The translations under genes and the position numbers were made by a program. Positions 25,445-38,029 of a stretch of DNA of 64,000 nt are shown piece by piece. Below the pieces are notes generated by a model. It ran no database searches. It had not been told where the DNA came from and worked only from the letters and a program-made list of their open reading frames with translations. Numbering within the stretch: position 1 is the first letter of the stretch; each line of letters opens with the position of its first letter. Source of the stretch: a virus; IMG/VR virus record IMGVR_UViG_3300005617_000005, positions 1-64,000 of that record. One strand, 5' to 3'.

Positions 25445-28400
25445 ATGAGCCAGCATCCCCCACACCGGAAAGCTACGCACGTAGCCACGGACCTTGGACG
25501 GGATGAAAGCGGATCGTTTCGTGCCGTCACTTTGGAGTGTGGGCACGTCCTAAAACTGAACGCGATCTACGCCTACCGGACGGGAGACCAGCACGTGTGC
25601 TGGGAATGCCTCAAAAAAGAATCTTCAAAAAAGAGTGCATAACAACGCACGGTGCTACGTCTGACTTTGAAACCAGGGAGAATCGAGACGATGAAACGGA
25701 AAATCACGCGAGAAAAGGACGGGCGCTTCTGTACCGTCGAAATCGAGATCACGGACGGTCGCCTGTCCGTGTGCGGCGAGGAGGGGCGGATCGTGTCCTC
25801 GCGCGTGGCAAAGAAGCAAGCGTTGGAATACTGGCGCTCATTCTTCGAGGACAGCCCCGAAGAAATGATCGCGATGAACAAGCGTTGCGGTACGCGGTTC
25901 ACTTCGCCCACGAGTGCAGCGCGCTACGTGCTGAACACGGACGGAGAATTCCACGGCTTGGACGCACGCGAAGCGCCCGACGGTAGGATTCGGCTGCTCG
26001 AATCGTGCGGACAGATCCGCGAAACGATCGTCGAGTGGTTTCCGGAAGTAGCGCCGCTGCTTCCGTGGCACCTGAACGACATGAAAGCCGCGTGCGAGCA
26101 TCAGGAAGCGGAGGGTTGGGACAAGCGCCCGATCGATTCGTCCAAGCCGCTGAACGCATACGGACGTTTTTTCGACGGACAGAAACAAGACTCTTGGAAC
26201 ATGCTCGCGTGGATCCGTCGCGACGAGCATCCCGAAGGTTTGCTTAGCGAGCCGTGCCCTACGTGCGGGTACCGCTACGGGACGGCATGGCTAAAGCGCG
26301 ATCTTCCATCCGAGATCATCGCGCTCGCTGGATCGGTTTGCAAAGACGATCGCGCGGCTTAGTTCGCGGCTCGACACACGGCGCGCGATCCATCGATCGC
26401 GCTCCGTAGTCGGTTCACGAAGTGTGAAACGAAACCAGGGAGACACGGGGATGCGTTGGTCAATCTACAATCCAAAGGGGCGTTGCATTGCGAAAGTCAT
26501 GCACGCCGAAGACGCGGCGATGTTCGTCGGGTCTCTTGGCGCGAACTACACCGTCCGGAACGGGCGCACGATCGTGTGGCATGAAGGCCACGAGACGATT
26601 AGCGCGTGCGAAAGTTTCGACGCGTGCGCGGACGTCATGATCCAGCGCGCGGGTAACCCCTACCTCCGTCACGTGGTGACGTCATGAATTGCCAGATCCA
26701 ATGGATCGATTGTGACGGGCGCAGCACTGCGCACGACGCGCAAGCCGTGGCCTACGCGGTTCACAAGGGGAAGCGCTATCCGATCTGCGCGGCTCACCTG
26801 GAGACCTTGAAGGGTCGCCGATCGCATCACTCGCCCGATTGCCCACACCTTGGCGGTTTCTACTTCGCCGGTCTCTGGGACGTTGAGCCGTTGGTCGATC
26901 CCGACCTTGCGAAGCGCTACCGCTTCTTCGTCGAGCACGCGGGCTACTGCTCGCCTCCCGGTCGCGTTGCATGCGCGCTGGCGCTCGCGAAAGCAGAGCA
27001 GGCGGCAGAGCGCCGCGGCTTGAAGGTGCAATGGGAGGAAGAGTGCATGCCGTGGGATGGCGATTGCCCACCCCCGAAGGTGCACCTGATGGCCAGCATC
27101 TACCACCCCGATCGCTCGCCGACTGCTCGCCTAGGTGACGCGCACTATTTCGTGCTGGCGCACCTTGGATCCATCGGGCTCGATTCGTGGCGCGATCCGT
27201 ATATGCGCGTTGTAGCCGCTGAATTGTTCAGCGAAGCGCTTGGCGTGCTCGACGACGAGGACAGCGAAAAAGCCGAAACGCTGGCGCAACGCGCGACCTA
27301 CGCGGGGGTTTTCTGATGGGCCTCGAAGTGATTCGCGATCTTTGGTTCTGCGTCGACTGCACGATCGCCGAAGTGAATGGCGATTGGTCGGGGGTCGAAG
27401 GTGAGGAGCGCGTTGCACAAATGGACGCTGGGTTCAAAAGGCTTGGCGAGCAATACGGCCACGTGTCCGCGAATTTCGACAGTGAGACCGAGGAAGGGAT
27501 CCGCGAATTCTCCTCGTGCGGCTGCGATTGTTGCGGCTCGCGTCTCGCTGGAACGTTCCACCGCTTCGCTGTCCTGGGGGAAAAGTCATGAGCCGCGAAA
27601 CGATCCTGGACGGCATGGCGACGATCCTTTGGGGATCGGCGTGGGCCGATCACGCCGACGAGTGCAAATGCACGAACCTCTCCGGCTGCGAAATCACGGA
27701 GATCATGCCGGCGATCCCCAAGGAAGCGCGCGAGCATGCCGAGCGCATCGCGAGCACGTACGAAAAAATGAATGAGTGCAGTCTCGAAGCGCTCTACCAG
27801 CGCGCGCTCGACGCGGATGCGAAGGAAGGCATCGAAGCGTGCGACGAAAATGCGAGCCTGGAACGGTTCGGGGAATGTCTCGCGTGGGAAGCGATGGGCG
27901 CTGGCGTCTCGTGGGAAGACGATCACGCGGAGTATGAACACGACTACCCGCACGACGCTGGCGTCGCCGCGTGCGAATTGATGTACCTCGCCGAAACCAC
28001 GTGCGACGAGTGCAAGGCGAAGCGCCGGAAATACACCGTGCTCTCCCTGGATATGTGGGGCCACGTCCCGGCCGACTGCCATAAGCACGGCTGCCCGTGC
28101 ATGCTCACCACGGACGAACGGGGCCCGTTCCACGACGACGATGCGTGCGAGTGCCACGAGGATTGCAACAATCAGCACAAGGTCGGCACGATCGAGACGC
28201 GTAACGACGAGGACAAGACGATCTTGGAAGCGCTACTCGACGCGGAATTTCTGTCTGCCGAGGGGCGCGAGAAATGTGAAATCGACGACTACACGGACGG
28301 CACGATGCTGGACGTGCTCGACGACGACGGGCGGCGAGTGTTCGCTCTGCACTTGGTCGAGGAAGATGAGGAAGATTCGACGACGGTCCCGTCCGATTTT

Positions 28401-29880
28401 GTCGTGCGTCCCCTCGCGACGGACCAAGAGAAAAAGAACGCCAAGGATCTGGTTACGTGCGGGACGTGCGGTCGATCATGGGACGATGCCGTCCCGACTG
28501 CCTACACGCCAGCACCAAGCGCGCGCTGTCCATTCGAGGCGTGGCACGCAGAAAGCAAGGAGCCGTGAGCAAGCCCAAACGCAAAAAAGCCGGACCGCAC
28601 ACGTGGGCGATCCCGTTCACGATTACCGTGACTGGCCACGTCTACATCACAGGCTCGCGCAAGGCTGCCGAAGCAAAGGCGCGCGAAATGGACGAACACG
28701 GTTTCGACCTACGCGCCGAAGGACAGAACGTCGAAATCGACGAGTGGACGGAAGTGCACCAAGACCGCATCGAAGACATGGGAGAATACTGATGAGCAAC
28801 GGCACGCAATTGGTTCAGGTGATTGGAGTCGACGGGCGCGCGTTCAGCGTAGTGCTCGTGCAAAAGGGCGAGCGCTACGGGCTCAACGATTGTCTCGTCC
28901 ACGATCGGAACGATCCGCTCGTGGAATTCTGGGACGATTCGGCAGACCGCAAGAAATTCCCCGCGCGTGGACAGTTCGTCTCGCGCTACTACCTCAACAC
29001 GCTTCTGCAAAGCCCCAAGACCGCGGGGCTCGATCTGGTCGGCTACGTCGCCGCGTGGAAGATCGACGCGCCGGAAATGGCGAAGGTTCGCGCCGCGCTC
29101 GAAACGTGGTGCCTCGCGAAAGGAGCAGCATAGAAAAATTACTGGCCCATTCGTGGGCCGGACTAGTCGCGCGATTGGTGGACGGAGGTTCCCTCCCTGG
29201 TTCCCCGGTCAATCGCGCGCCTAGTCCGGCGCATGACGCGACGGACAACAAGGAAACGGGGATGCAAGAGACGAGCGTGACAATGACGTGGACGTGCGAC
29301 GTGTGCGGCGGTACCGCCACGACGCCGCGCGGTCTGCCGGACGGGTGGCGCGAAGTGCGCATCGCTCAGTGGAACAACGCGGGTCACGAAGGTGACAAGC
29401 ATCACGTCTGCGGCAGCGACGAGCCGTCGTGCTTTCGACGGTTGCTGATCAAGCTCGCGAACGAGGACAAGCGGAAATGACCGCGCTCGCCGACGCCATG
29501 TGGGCCGGAGACGTTGACTTGCTCAACGAATTGGCTCCGTGCCAGTGCTGTTGCGACGAGCACACGTACGGCGAGGGTTGCCCCGCCTATCAGTGGGGCG
29601 GCTGCCGTGGCCAAGGGGCCATGACGCGCGCAGAAGAAGCTTCGTGGAAACGGCACTACATGCAGCACCACGGAATGACTGAGAACGAATTCTACGGTTA
29701 CGAACAAGGAGAACGGGGATGAACACTGCACGATTGCGTGAGCACGTTCGCATGATCGCAGATCACGCGAAGGAAACCGAAGAAGCCGGCACGCCGGACG
29801 TTGGAGCGGCGCTCGCTGACATCGCCGATCTTCTCGAAGATCTGGAACGGCGCGTCGAGCGCTTGGAGAAACGATCGTGA
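25445..29880 (+). other. Probable early operon of hypothetical phage genes (25445-25642, 25691-26362, 26451-26687, 26684-27316, 27316-27591, 27588-28568, 28565-28792, 28792-29133, 29262-29480, 29477-29722, 29719-29880)
   Basis: Coupled ORFs, many acidic or Cys-rich, downstream of a consensus promoter. Confidence 0.7.
29157..29230 (+). other. Long intergenic stem-loop (20 of 21 bp paired)
   Basis: GCCGGACTAG-T-CGCGCGATTG pairs with CAATCGCGCG-C-CTAGTCCGGC. Confidence 0.7.
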
Positions 29881-31460
29881 AAACACGAGCGACCAAGATC
29901 ACTCTCAGCCGCGAATTGATCGTCGACAACTTCGCCGGTGGTGGTGGCGCATCCGAAGGCATCGAAATGGCGCTCGGCTACTCGCCGGACGTCGCGATCA
30001 ATCACGACGCGGAAGCCATCGCGATGCACGAGACGAACCATCCCGAGACCGCGCACTACACGGCAGACGTGTGGGACGTCGATCCGTCCGAAGTGTGCGA
30101 CGGTCGTTTCGGCTCGCGCAAGGTCGGGCTCGCGTGGTTCTCGCCCGACTGCAAACACCACTCGAAGGCCAAAGGCGGCAAGCCCTTGGACAGCAAGCTT
30201 CGCGGGCTCGCGTGGGTCGTCGTCAAATGGGCGCAGAAGGTTCGCCCGCGCGTCATCATTCTCGAAAACGTCGAGGAGTTTCAGGACTGGGGCCCGCTCA
30301 ACAACGCGGGACGTCCGATCGAGGAGCGCAAGGGCGAGACGTTCAAGAAATGGTGGAACGATCTCAAGGCGTGCGGCTACGAAATCGAGGCGCGCGAGCT
30401 TCGCGCATGCGACTACGGCGCGCCGACGACGCGAAAGCGTCTCTTCATCATCGCGCGCTGCGACGGACAGCCGATCGTGTGGCCCGAACCGTCGCACGGT
30501 CCTGGACGCAAGCCGTACCGCACTGCCGCAGAGATTGTGGACTGGGACCAACCGATCCTGTCGATCTTCGCGACGCGCGACGAGGCAAAGGCTTTCGCGA
30601 AGAAGCATGATCTCGACGGCACGCCGCAACGGCCCCTCGCCGAGAAAACGCTCGCGCGCGTTGCTCGCGGCGTCGATCGCTACGTCCTGAACGCGGCGAA
30701 GCCGTGGATCGCGCCGACGCGCGGGTTCATCGCGCCGACCGCGCACGGTGGCGTCGGCCGGAAAGATCACCGCGTGCATTCTCTCGACGAGCCGCTTCGC
30801 ACCGTGACAGGTGGAAGCCGTGGCGATCACGCTCTCGTGATCCCGTCGCTCATCCAAACGGGCTACGGCGAGCGCAAGAGCACGAAGCGCGCGCCGAAGG
30901 CTCAAGAGCCGCGCATCCTCGACATCCACGCGCCGCTCGGGACCGTCGTCGCCGGTGGACAGAAGCACGGGCTCGTCGCGGCCTTCCTCTCGAAGCACAA
31001 CGGAGGCCACGAGCCGACCGGCACGCAGCTACACAACCCGATGGACACCGTGACGGCTCGCGACTCGCACGCGCTCACGACGGCCTTCCTGTCAAAGTAT
31101 TACGGCACGTCGACGGGCTCGTCGATGAACGAACCGGTCGCGACGATCACGGCAGAGGGCAATCACCTCGCGCTTGTGCGCGCCTTCCTCAAGAAGTTTC
31201 GAGGCAGCGCGAAGAACACGATCAAGATCGGGGGCGACGTCTACGCCATCGTCGACATCGGGATGCGCATGCTCCAACCGCGCGAGCTTTTCCGCGCGCA
31301 GTCGTTCGGCGACCACTACCGCATCGAGCACGATGCGTACGGCACGCCACTGACCAAAGGCGCGCAGATCAAGATGGCTGGCAACAGCGTGCCGCCCGAA
31401 ATGGCGTGCGCACTCGTTCGTGCCAACTACAGCTCGCGCTCCGAGCGGAGGGCAGCATGA
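29877..31460 (+). CDS. DNA (cytosine-5) methyltransferase
   Basis: DNFAGGGG, FSPDC, ILENV, RKRLF, and a C-terminal RELFRAQ...GNSV. Confidence 0.93.
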   Translation: MKTRATKITLSRELIVDNFAGGGGASEGIEMALGYSPDVAINHDAEAIAMHETNHPETAHYTADVWDVDPSEVCDGRFGSRKVGLAWFSPDCKHHSKAKGGKPLDSKLRGLAWVVVKWAQKVRPRVIILENVEEFQDWGPLNNAGRPIEERKGETFKKWWNDLKACGYEIEARELRACDYGAPTTRKRLFIIARCDGQPIVWPEPSHGPGRKPYRTAAEIVDWDQPILSIFATRDEAKAFAKKHDLDGTPQRPLAEKTLARVARGVDRYVLNAAKPWIAPTRGFIAPTAHGGVGRKDHRVHSLDEPLRTVTGGSRGDHALVIPSLIQTGYGERKSTKRAPKAQEPRILDIHAPLGTVVAGGQKHGLVAAFLSKHNGGHEPTGTQLHNPMDTVTARDSHALTTAFLSKYYGTSTGSSMNEPVATITAEGNHLALVRAFLKKFRGSAKNTIKIGGDVYAIVDIGMRMLQPRELFRAQSFGDHYRIEHDAYGTPLTKGAQIKMAGNSVPPEMACALVRANYSSRSERRAA

Positions 31461-34400
31461 AGCAGTGGCTTGTACTGGAGCGTCGCCCATTGGAAGTGCG
31501 CGCGCGGAAGGTCTCAATCTTTCGCTACACCGTGATCGCGGAGACGCCCGAGGAGGCGGTGCAGATCGTGAAAGACGATCACGGATCAACGCGTGCCTCG
31601 AAGTGGAGCGCGCGACCTATTGACGGATCGTTGTGCTGGGGGTGCGAGCTGCACGAGCCGACGCCCGAAGAGAAAAAAGAGCAGCGCGCGAAAGGTTGGA
31701 CGCCATGAAACGACAAAAGCACGACGAAGTGATCACGGTCCGCAACGCTGATGGGGAGTTGATCGCGCTCGTCGAGCCCGAATCGAGCGAGCCGCTTCTC
31801 ACGCGAACGCGCTTGAAGAAGTTTCTCCCGCGCGGGTGGATCGTCGAAGTCAAAAACGTTGTCGAAGTGACGCGCTTCGAGGAGTGGGCGCTCGAAAAAG
31901 GCTTGGCGGTTCACGGCCAACGGCTCATCGAAGAGCAAGAGAAGCGATGAGCCTCACCAAGATCCGAGCGCTCACGCCCGAGCAGCAAGAGACCCTTCGC
32001 ACGGCGCGGGAGATCATCCGCGCCGCGTACTACGGAGAATTCGCGCCGCACGCGAGCAACGCGCATTCGGTCTGCGACAAACTTTCCGCGCTCATCGGCG
32101 AGCGCTACAGCTTTCGTTCTGGCGAAGTGCTCGAACCCCCGAGGCCAAGACGATGACGCACATCCCGAAGCCCGACGGGCGAACCTACTGCGGACGTCTC
32201 GTGGCCAAGGTCACATGCGTCAACCTCGCGAAGGACGCGATCGACGACGCCACGTGTCGAAGCTGCCAACGTAGCGACGACCGGCGCACGCGCGAGGAGT
32301 ACAAGAAGACCGACGAGTACAAGAAACAGCGCGAGCTCCTTGCGACCGATACGGGTTGGGAGCCGACATGACCCGCAAAGAAATCTACGCGGCCGTACTC
32401 GAGGCGATGCAACCCGCCGAAGAACTCAACGGACCCGAGGGCGACGAGTACCTCAGGCTGATGGCCGACATCGCTTGTGAGGCGACCAAACGCATCACGA
32501 CGCAACTCGAACGCGGCTACGCGCCCAAGGTCACGATCTTCTTTCACGACCCGCTCTGCGGCATGAGCACGTGCTTCGGGCCGCCGGCGTGCAACTGCGC
32601 GTGCCACGAGGCAAAGCCGTGAGCCGCCATCGCGTTTGGGTTCACGATAGCGCCGGCGTTCACACGCCAAGCCACCCGCTCGGCTCGCGCCGCGCCGCGG
32701 AAGTCTTCGCCGCGAACCGTTCGCGCTTCCGGCGTGACTGCTTCGTGGTCGTCATCGTCGACGGCCAACAGCAAAAGCTCGTCGCCTACCGCAACGGGCG
32801 TCTCAGCGGATCGGTGTTCGACAATTCGTTCGATCCCGAACCGGTCATCGTGCAGGTTTCAGCCGATGGCCTCGTCTATGCTCTAGCGCAAAAGGTTTCC
32901 GCATGAAAAAGCAGATCGCACAAGCACGGGCCACGCCCGAACAACTCGCCGCGCTTCAACGTGCTCGCGACAAGAAGCACGGCATCGTCAAAGCCCGCGT
33001 CGAAGAAAACGTCTGGTGCCCGGTTCACGGGCTACTGAGAGACGAAACGAAGAAGTGCGACTGCAACGTCGTCGTGTCGAGTGACATCATCAAACGCTGC
33101 CCGAAGTGCGACAAGGAATTCACGAAGCTCACGTGGAAGCTTCTCGACTTCGCCTACTACATGGACGACGACGCGCCGGCGGACCCGGAGCATCCGGAGT
33201 GGGGCGAGCCGCAAGGCAGGCTCGAATTCCGCAACTGCGAGTGCGGCTCGACGATCGCCATTCCGACGAAACAACTGGAGGAGCCGTGAACCCCGAAGAT
33301 TGGAAGAGCATTCACGACGAAGTCGACAAGGCGATCGACGCGTGCACGAACTTCAAAAAGACCCCGCCGCCGCCCGGCGCTGTCTTGTACGACGGCACGT
33401 CGAACGGCTGGCGCATCCTCGTGATCTCGTTCCCAATGCCCGGCCGCAACGGTAATGGGTACGACGGCTCAGCGAGCGGCATCCGGCAATGTGAGCTCGC
33501 GCTCGCTGCCCCGAAGCTGACCATCTACCGTCTCCCGCGCGAGATGGCAGAGAAAGCGTTCAAGCTCGCGGAAAGGCTGACGCACTCATGATCAGCGTCG
33601 GCGAAGCCATCGCAGCCATGACGTTCGTCACGTCGACTTCCTTGTGGCAGTGGTACAAGGCGCGACGCGCGCTCGCGAAAGCAAACAAGCGCATCGAGTG
33701 CTTGGAAGAACAACAGGGAGAGCCCAAGAGCGAGTCGTTGCCGGGCAGTGGTCCGTTCCGCACGAACGTGTTCGCACCGCACGAGTTCCCGCCGCGGCTT
33801 GAAAGCTCGAAACGGCTGTACCCGTACGCACCGGGCAGCAACAAGACCATCCACGTTTGCTGTCCGATGTGCGGCGGCATGGGCTTGCCGAAGGCGTGCC
33901 AGTGCAGCGATCACGCCGAGCCGCACCTTCACCAGAAGTGTGACAACGGCGGCTGCGGTTTTCGCTACGCGATGCAGAGCAGAATCGCATCCGAACGAGA
34001 AAAAGCCGAACGAGAGAAAGCGCAGAAAAAATGAGAGGCAACCCGAACGCAGAACGACTCTCCGCGAGGCTCCGCCTCACCGACAGGGAGGGCGCTCTCA
34101 AAGAGATCACCGACGCGATCAACAAGGCCGGCGGCAACGTTCAGGGCGCGGCCGACGAGCTTGGCATCGCGCGACGAACGCTCTTCATGTGGGCGAGCGA
34201 GTACAGCGAGATTTCCAACGCGCTGAAGAAGGCACGACGCAAGAAGGCGAAGGAGGCAACGTGAAAACTTTCTCAAAAATACTCGACGACCTCACCTCGT
34301 ACATCGGCGTCGAGATTGTGGTCAATCACGTGCCGCCGGACGACATGATCAAGGCCGTGCTCTTTCAAGCGGTCGCGGGTTGCTACACCCGCGGCGAAAG

Positions 34401-35130
34401 CAAAGAGCAGTTTCTCGAACACTGCGCGACTTCTTGGGATCACGCGGTGTCGCTGGAAGAGAGAAAGAAGCTTTCATGATCGCCAAGCTCATTCTCTGGC
34501 TGTACTCGGTGATTTTTCCGCAGTGCATGGTCCACGTCTACACCGGCCCGATGCACGACTACACTGACGAATACTTCAGCGAGCAGCTCAACGCGGATTC
34601 ATTCGCGCGGCGCGACATCGTTTTCAAACGCGACTTCAAGCGCGAGATGCGCATGCTCAGCATGCCGTTCGTATACGGCGTCGCGTGCCGGGAGACGCCA
34701 TGAACCTGCAACTAGGCGAGCGAGAAATCACCGTCACCGTCGCCCGAACCGACCGAATCGCCGGAGGTGTCTCCATAGAATTTCGTGAGGTAACAAGCCC
34801 GAACTCGGCCATCGTGCAGTGCGTTCACCTCTCGAAAGATGAAGCCGAAAAATTGCTCCTCGATCTCAAGGAGATCCTCACATGAGCCGCGAAGCATTCC
34901 AGATCGCGCTGCTCCGAGCGCGCTACGAAGCGTGGGAGCGCATCGGCGAGGCCGTGCGCGAGCTCGCCGACACCGGCACGTGCGAAGAAGCGAAAGTCGT
35001 CGCCGCAGAGAACGCCGTCGCGATCCACAACGAAATCGCCAGCGCAGGAGCCGCGGAGTACGTGGGGTACAACATGTCGGTCGAGAAAAAAGTCATCGAG
35101 GCTTTTCAGCGCTTCCCGGAGCGGTCGTGA
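31457..35130 (+). other. Run of ~14 small translationally coupled hypothetical genes
   Basis: Continuous ATGA/GTGA overlaps (e.g. 31457, 31705, 31947, 32153, 32368, 32619, 32903, 33286, 33588, 34031, 34261). Confidence 0.7.
34031..34264 (+). CDS. Fis-like helix-turn-helix protein
   Basis: AINKAGGNVQGAADELGIARRTL. Confidence 0.8.
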   Translation: MRGNPNAERLSARLRLTDREGALKEITDAINKAGGNVQGAADELGIARRTLFMWASEYSEISNALKKARRKKAKEAT

Positions 35131-35372
35131 TGCCGGCGTGGGGATGGATCGTGCTCTGCATCGGAGCGTTCTGCTTCGGCTGGACGCTCGGCGCCGACTG
35201 GCTTCGGAATCGCGGGCCGTTTCTCAAGTTTCGTCTGGCTGGCGAACGCATCAAGCCGTACCGAGACGACTATTTCGTTTGTGCCGAGCGCGGCGATGAC
35301 GAAACCGGCGACGGCTCGAAAGAGAAACCGTTCAAGACACTGGCGCGACTCAAAAAGGAATTCGAGAAATGA
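35130..35372 (+). CDS. Small TM protein ending in a GDD-x-GDGS-xx-PFKT motif
   Basis: FVCAERGDDETGDGSKEKPFKTL. Confidence 0.6.
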   Translation: MPAWGWIVLCIGAFCFGWTLGADWLRNRGPFLKFRLAGERIKPYRDDYFVCAERGDDETGDGSKEKPFKTLARLKKEFEK

Positions 35373-35746
35373 ACCGAGTTGAAGCAGCGGTCGCACTCAT
35401 CACGCGATCCGACACCAAGATCCTCGTCGTGTGGAACAAGCGCTACGGGCGATGGGCGATGCCCGGCGGACGGGTCGAAGACGGCGAGACCCCGGTCGAT
35501 GCCGTTTGCCGCGAGGTCACCGAAGAGACCGGCCTCGAAGTCAGAAATCTGATCCACATCTATGAAGGACCTCACAATGAAAGCGTCGCGTCGACGCGCG
35601 GTTCGTACGTGCACGTTTTTGCGGTGACGCCGATCGGCGAGCCACGCGAGCGCGAAGAGGGGTGTCCGATCACGTGGTTCTCGCGCGAAGAATTCCTGAA
35701 GTGGGGCCTCGCGCCGGACTTCTACCGAAAGATGTTCGACCGATGA
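35369..35746 (+). CDS. NUDIX hydrolase
   Basis: Nudix box PGGRVEDGETPVDAVCREVTEETGL. Confidence 0.93.
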   Translation: MNRVEAAVALITRSDTKILVVWNKRYGRWAMPGGRVEDGETPVDAVCREVTEETGLEVRNLIHIYEGPHNESVASTRGSYVHVFAVTPIGEPREREEGCPITWFSREEFLKWGLAPDFYRKMFDR

Positions 35747-35954
35747 GCGTGGTCAACCAAGCGCCCCCGCCCCCGTGGCTCAAGCCGGTCTACCTCGGAC
35801 CTGAGGAGCCGCCGATACCGCTAATCACTTCGATGGTGGGACACTTCCCGCGTGAAGCTCGATACGACGCGACGATCACGCCCGAGGTGATCGTGTACGT
35901 GCAATGTGGGGGCGAACGCCGAACGTTCCTCTCGACGGGCTGGAAGAGGATTCG

Positions 35955-37286
35955 ATGACCGACAAGAACCTCAAGCGCACCGACCTCTCACGCGATCAAG
36001 CGGAGGTCTACGACGCGATTCTCGAATGGACGCGCGGTCGGCTCAAGACCAAGCCCGCGCCGAAGAAGAAGCAGCTCTCGTTCGACTTCGATCAACCGCA
36101 GCGCTTGCTCACCGTCGGCGGCTACGCCGGCACCGGCAAGACGAGCCTGCTCGGCGTGTTCGCGAGCGACACGAAGATGCTCGTCGCGTACGTGACGTAC
36201 ACGGGCCGCGCGTCGAGCATTCTCCACCGCAAGCTCAAGGCGTCGGGCGCGAAGACGACGGGCCTCCAGCGTCCGAGCGAAAGCAACGACGACTACGACG
36301 ATCGCTACTACGACGCGTCGCTTCCTCGCCGCGGCGGTCCGTCGTTCGTCGGAACGATCCATCGACTGCTCTACTCGCCGATCATCAACAAGCACGAAGA
36401 GCTGATCGGCTGGCGAAAGCGCGAAGAACTCGACCGCGAGTACGATCTCATCGTCGTCGACGAGGCGTCGATGGTCGGCGACGAGCTTCTCGAAGACCTC
36501 CAGAAGCATCGCGTGCCGATCCTCGCGGTCGGCGACCACGGTCAGCTTCCGCCGGTGATGGCGTCCGGTGAGCTGATGAAAGACCCCGAGCTCCGGCTGG
36601 AAAAGATCCATCGACAGGCCGAGAAGAACCCGATCATCGCGCTCTCGAAGGTCATCCGCGAAGACGGATTCCTCGACGACACGTTCGCGGACGGCAAACA
36701 CATTCGCTTCCGGCCGAAGAAGAAGATCAAGGGCGTGCTCCGCAAGGCGTACAACAACCACCCGCCGATCCACGTTGGCATCATCTGCCACACGAACCGC
36801 CGGCGCATCCAACTCAACATGGCGGCTCGAGCCGCGCTCGGCTACAGCGGCGTGCCCTCCGGCGGCGAGATCGTGCTCTGCCTCAAGAACAACCCGCCTG
36901 TCTTCAACGGCATGCGCGGCATCGTCACGAAAGACGGCGCGGAGGACGAGGAGAGCCCGTGGTTGCTCCGCACGGCGGTGCAATTTCTAGATGAGAAGAT
37001 CAACACCGGCGACATCGACATGTGCTGCGCGACGTTCAACCGCGAGCGGACCTTCTCTTCTATCGAGGAGATCCAAGCGCTCGGTATTCCGGTCAAGAAG
37101 TTCGGTGAAGCCGGTCTTCCGTACGACTTCGGCTACGCGATGACCTGCCACAAGGCGCAGGGCTCGCAGTTCAAACACGCGATCCTCTACCTCGATCGTC
37201 GTCCCGATCCGAACAGCGAAGACTGGCGCCGCTTCGCGTACACGGCCGTAACCCGCGCGTCAGAGAAGCTCACGGTGCTCGAATGA
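35955..37286 (+). CDS. SF1B Dda/RecD-like helicase
   Basis: GYAGTGKT, VDEASMV, GDHGQLPPV, HKAQGS, YTAVTRA. Confidence 0.92.
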   Translation: MTDKNLKRTDLSRDQAEVYDAILEWTRGRLKTKPAPKKKQLSFDFDQPQRLLTVGGYAGTGKTSLLGVFASDTKMLVAYVTYTGRASSILHRKLKASGAKTTGLQRPSESNDDYDDRYYDASLPRRGGPSFVGTIHRLLYSPIINKHEELIGWRKREELDREYDLIVVDEASMVGDELLEDLQKHRVPILAVGDHGQLPPVMASGELMKDPELRLEKIHRQAEKNPIIALSKVIREDGFLDDTFADGKHIRFRPKKKIKGVLRKAYNNHPPIHVGIICHTNRRRIQLNMAARAALGYSGVPSGGEIVLCLKNNPPVFNGMRGIVTKDGAEDEESPWLLRTAVQFLDEKINTGDIDMCCATFNRERTFSSIEEIQALGIPVKKFGEAGLPYDFGYAMTCHKAQGSQFKHAILYLDRRPDPNSEDWRRFAYTAVTRASEKLTVLE

Positions 37287-38029
37287 AGAACGTCGCAAAA
37301 CCCGTATGGGGCTCACGCTCCGGTTGGCGTTCACGTCTCTACGCGATCTGGAACATTATTTTGGGCCGCAGTGTAATGTTCAATTGTTGGATCGAGTTCG
37401 ACGCTCGTGGCGCGATCGGCTTCGACAAAAAAGTGTACATCGTCGCCGGCGGCTTTCGTCCGCGCCCGATCCCCGTGTACGCATCACCCGGCAACGACTG
37501 GTTCAAGCCATGAGCGACGACATCGACAAGGCGACACGAGCGTTTCTGCTCGACATCGCAGAGTTCGACGGTACGCCGGACGAAGCGAAGAAGTTCGACG
37601 AGCTCGTCGAGATGACGGCCAAGTTCGTGAGGGAACAAATCAAGATCGCTTCGACACCGGCAGTCCCGGACGTGGTCTTCACCGTTCTATTTCACAAAGA
37701 CCTCTTTCAAGAGGACGCGATCGACATTGACAGCGCGATCAAGACGCTCGCGGTCATCGCGGCGCGTCGTGGTGGCGGCATCATCATCAAGTCGAGCAAA
37801 GCAGACGGCACACAAGCCAGTGTGCCCGTGTTGGTCCCGATGCTCGCACCCGACAAGAGCGTCAACTGATGGTCATGTACATTCGAGAGATCAAAGTTCG
37901 CGTCTACATCGACACGAACAAGGACACGCACGACGAGGAGCATCGACCGCAAGAGGACGAATCCCTTCCCGACATGCTTCGTCGCCTCGCCGACGAATAC
38001 GAAGAACACTGGATGGTCCGGAGAGATTG

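Noticed and set aside
29877-31460. Restriction-modification system
   Set aside because: No adjacent endonuclease is recognisable; this is an orphan phage-type methyltransferase.
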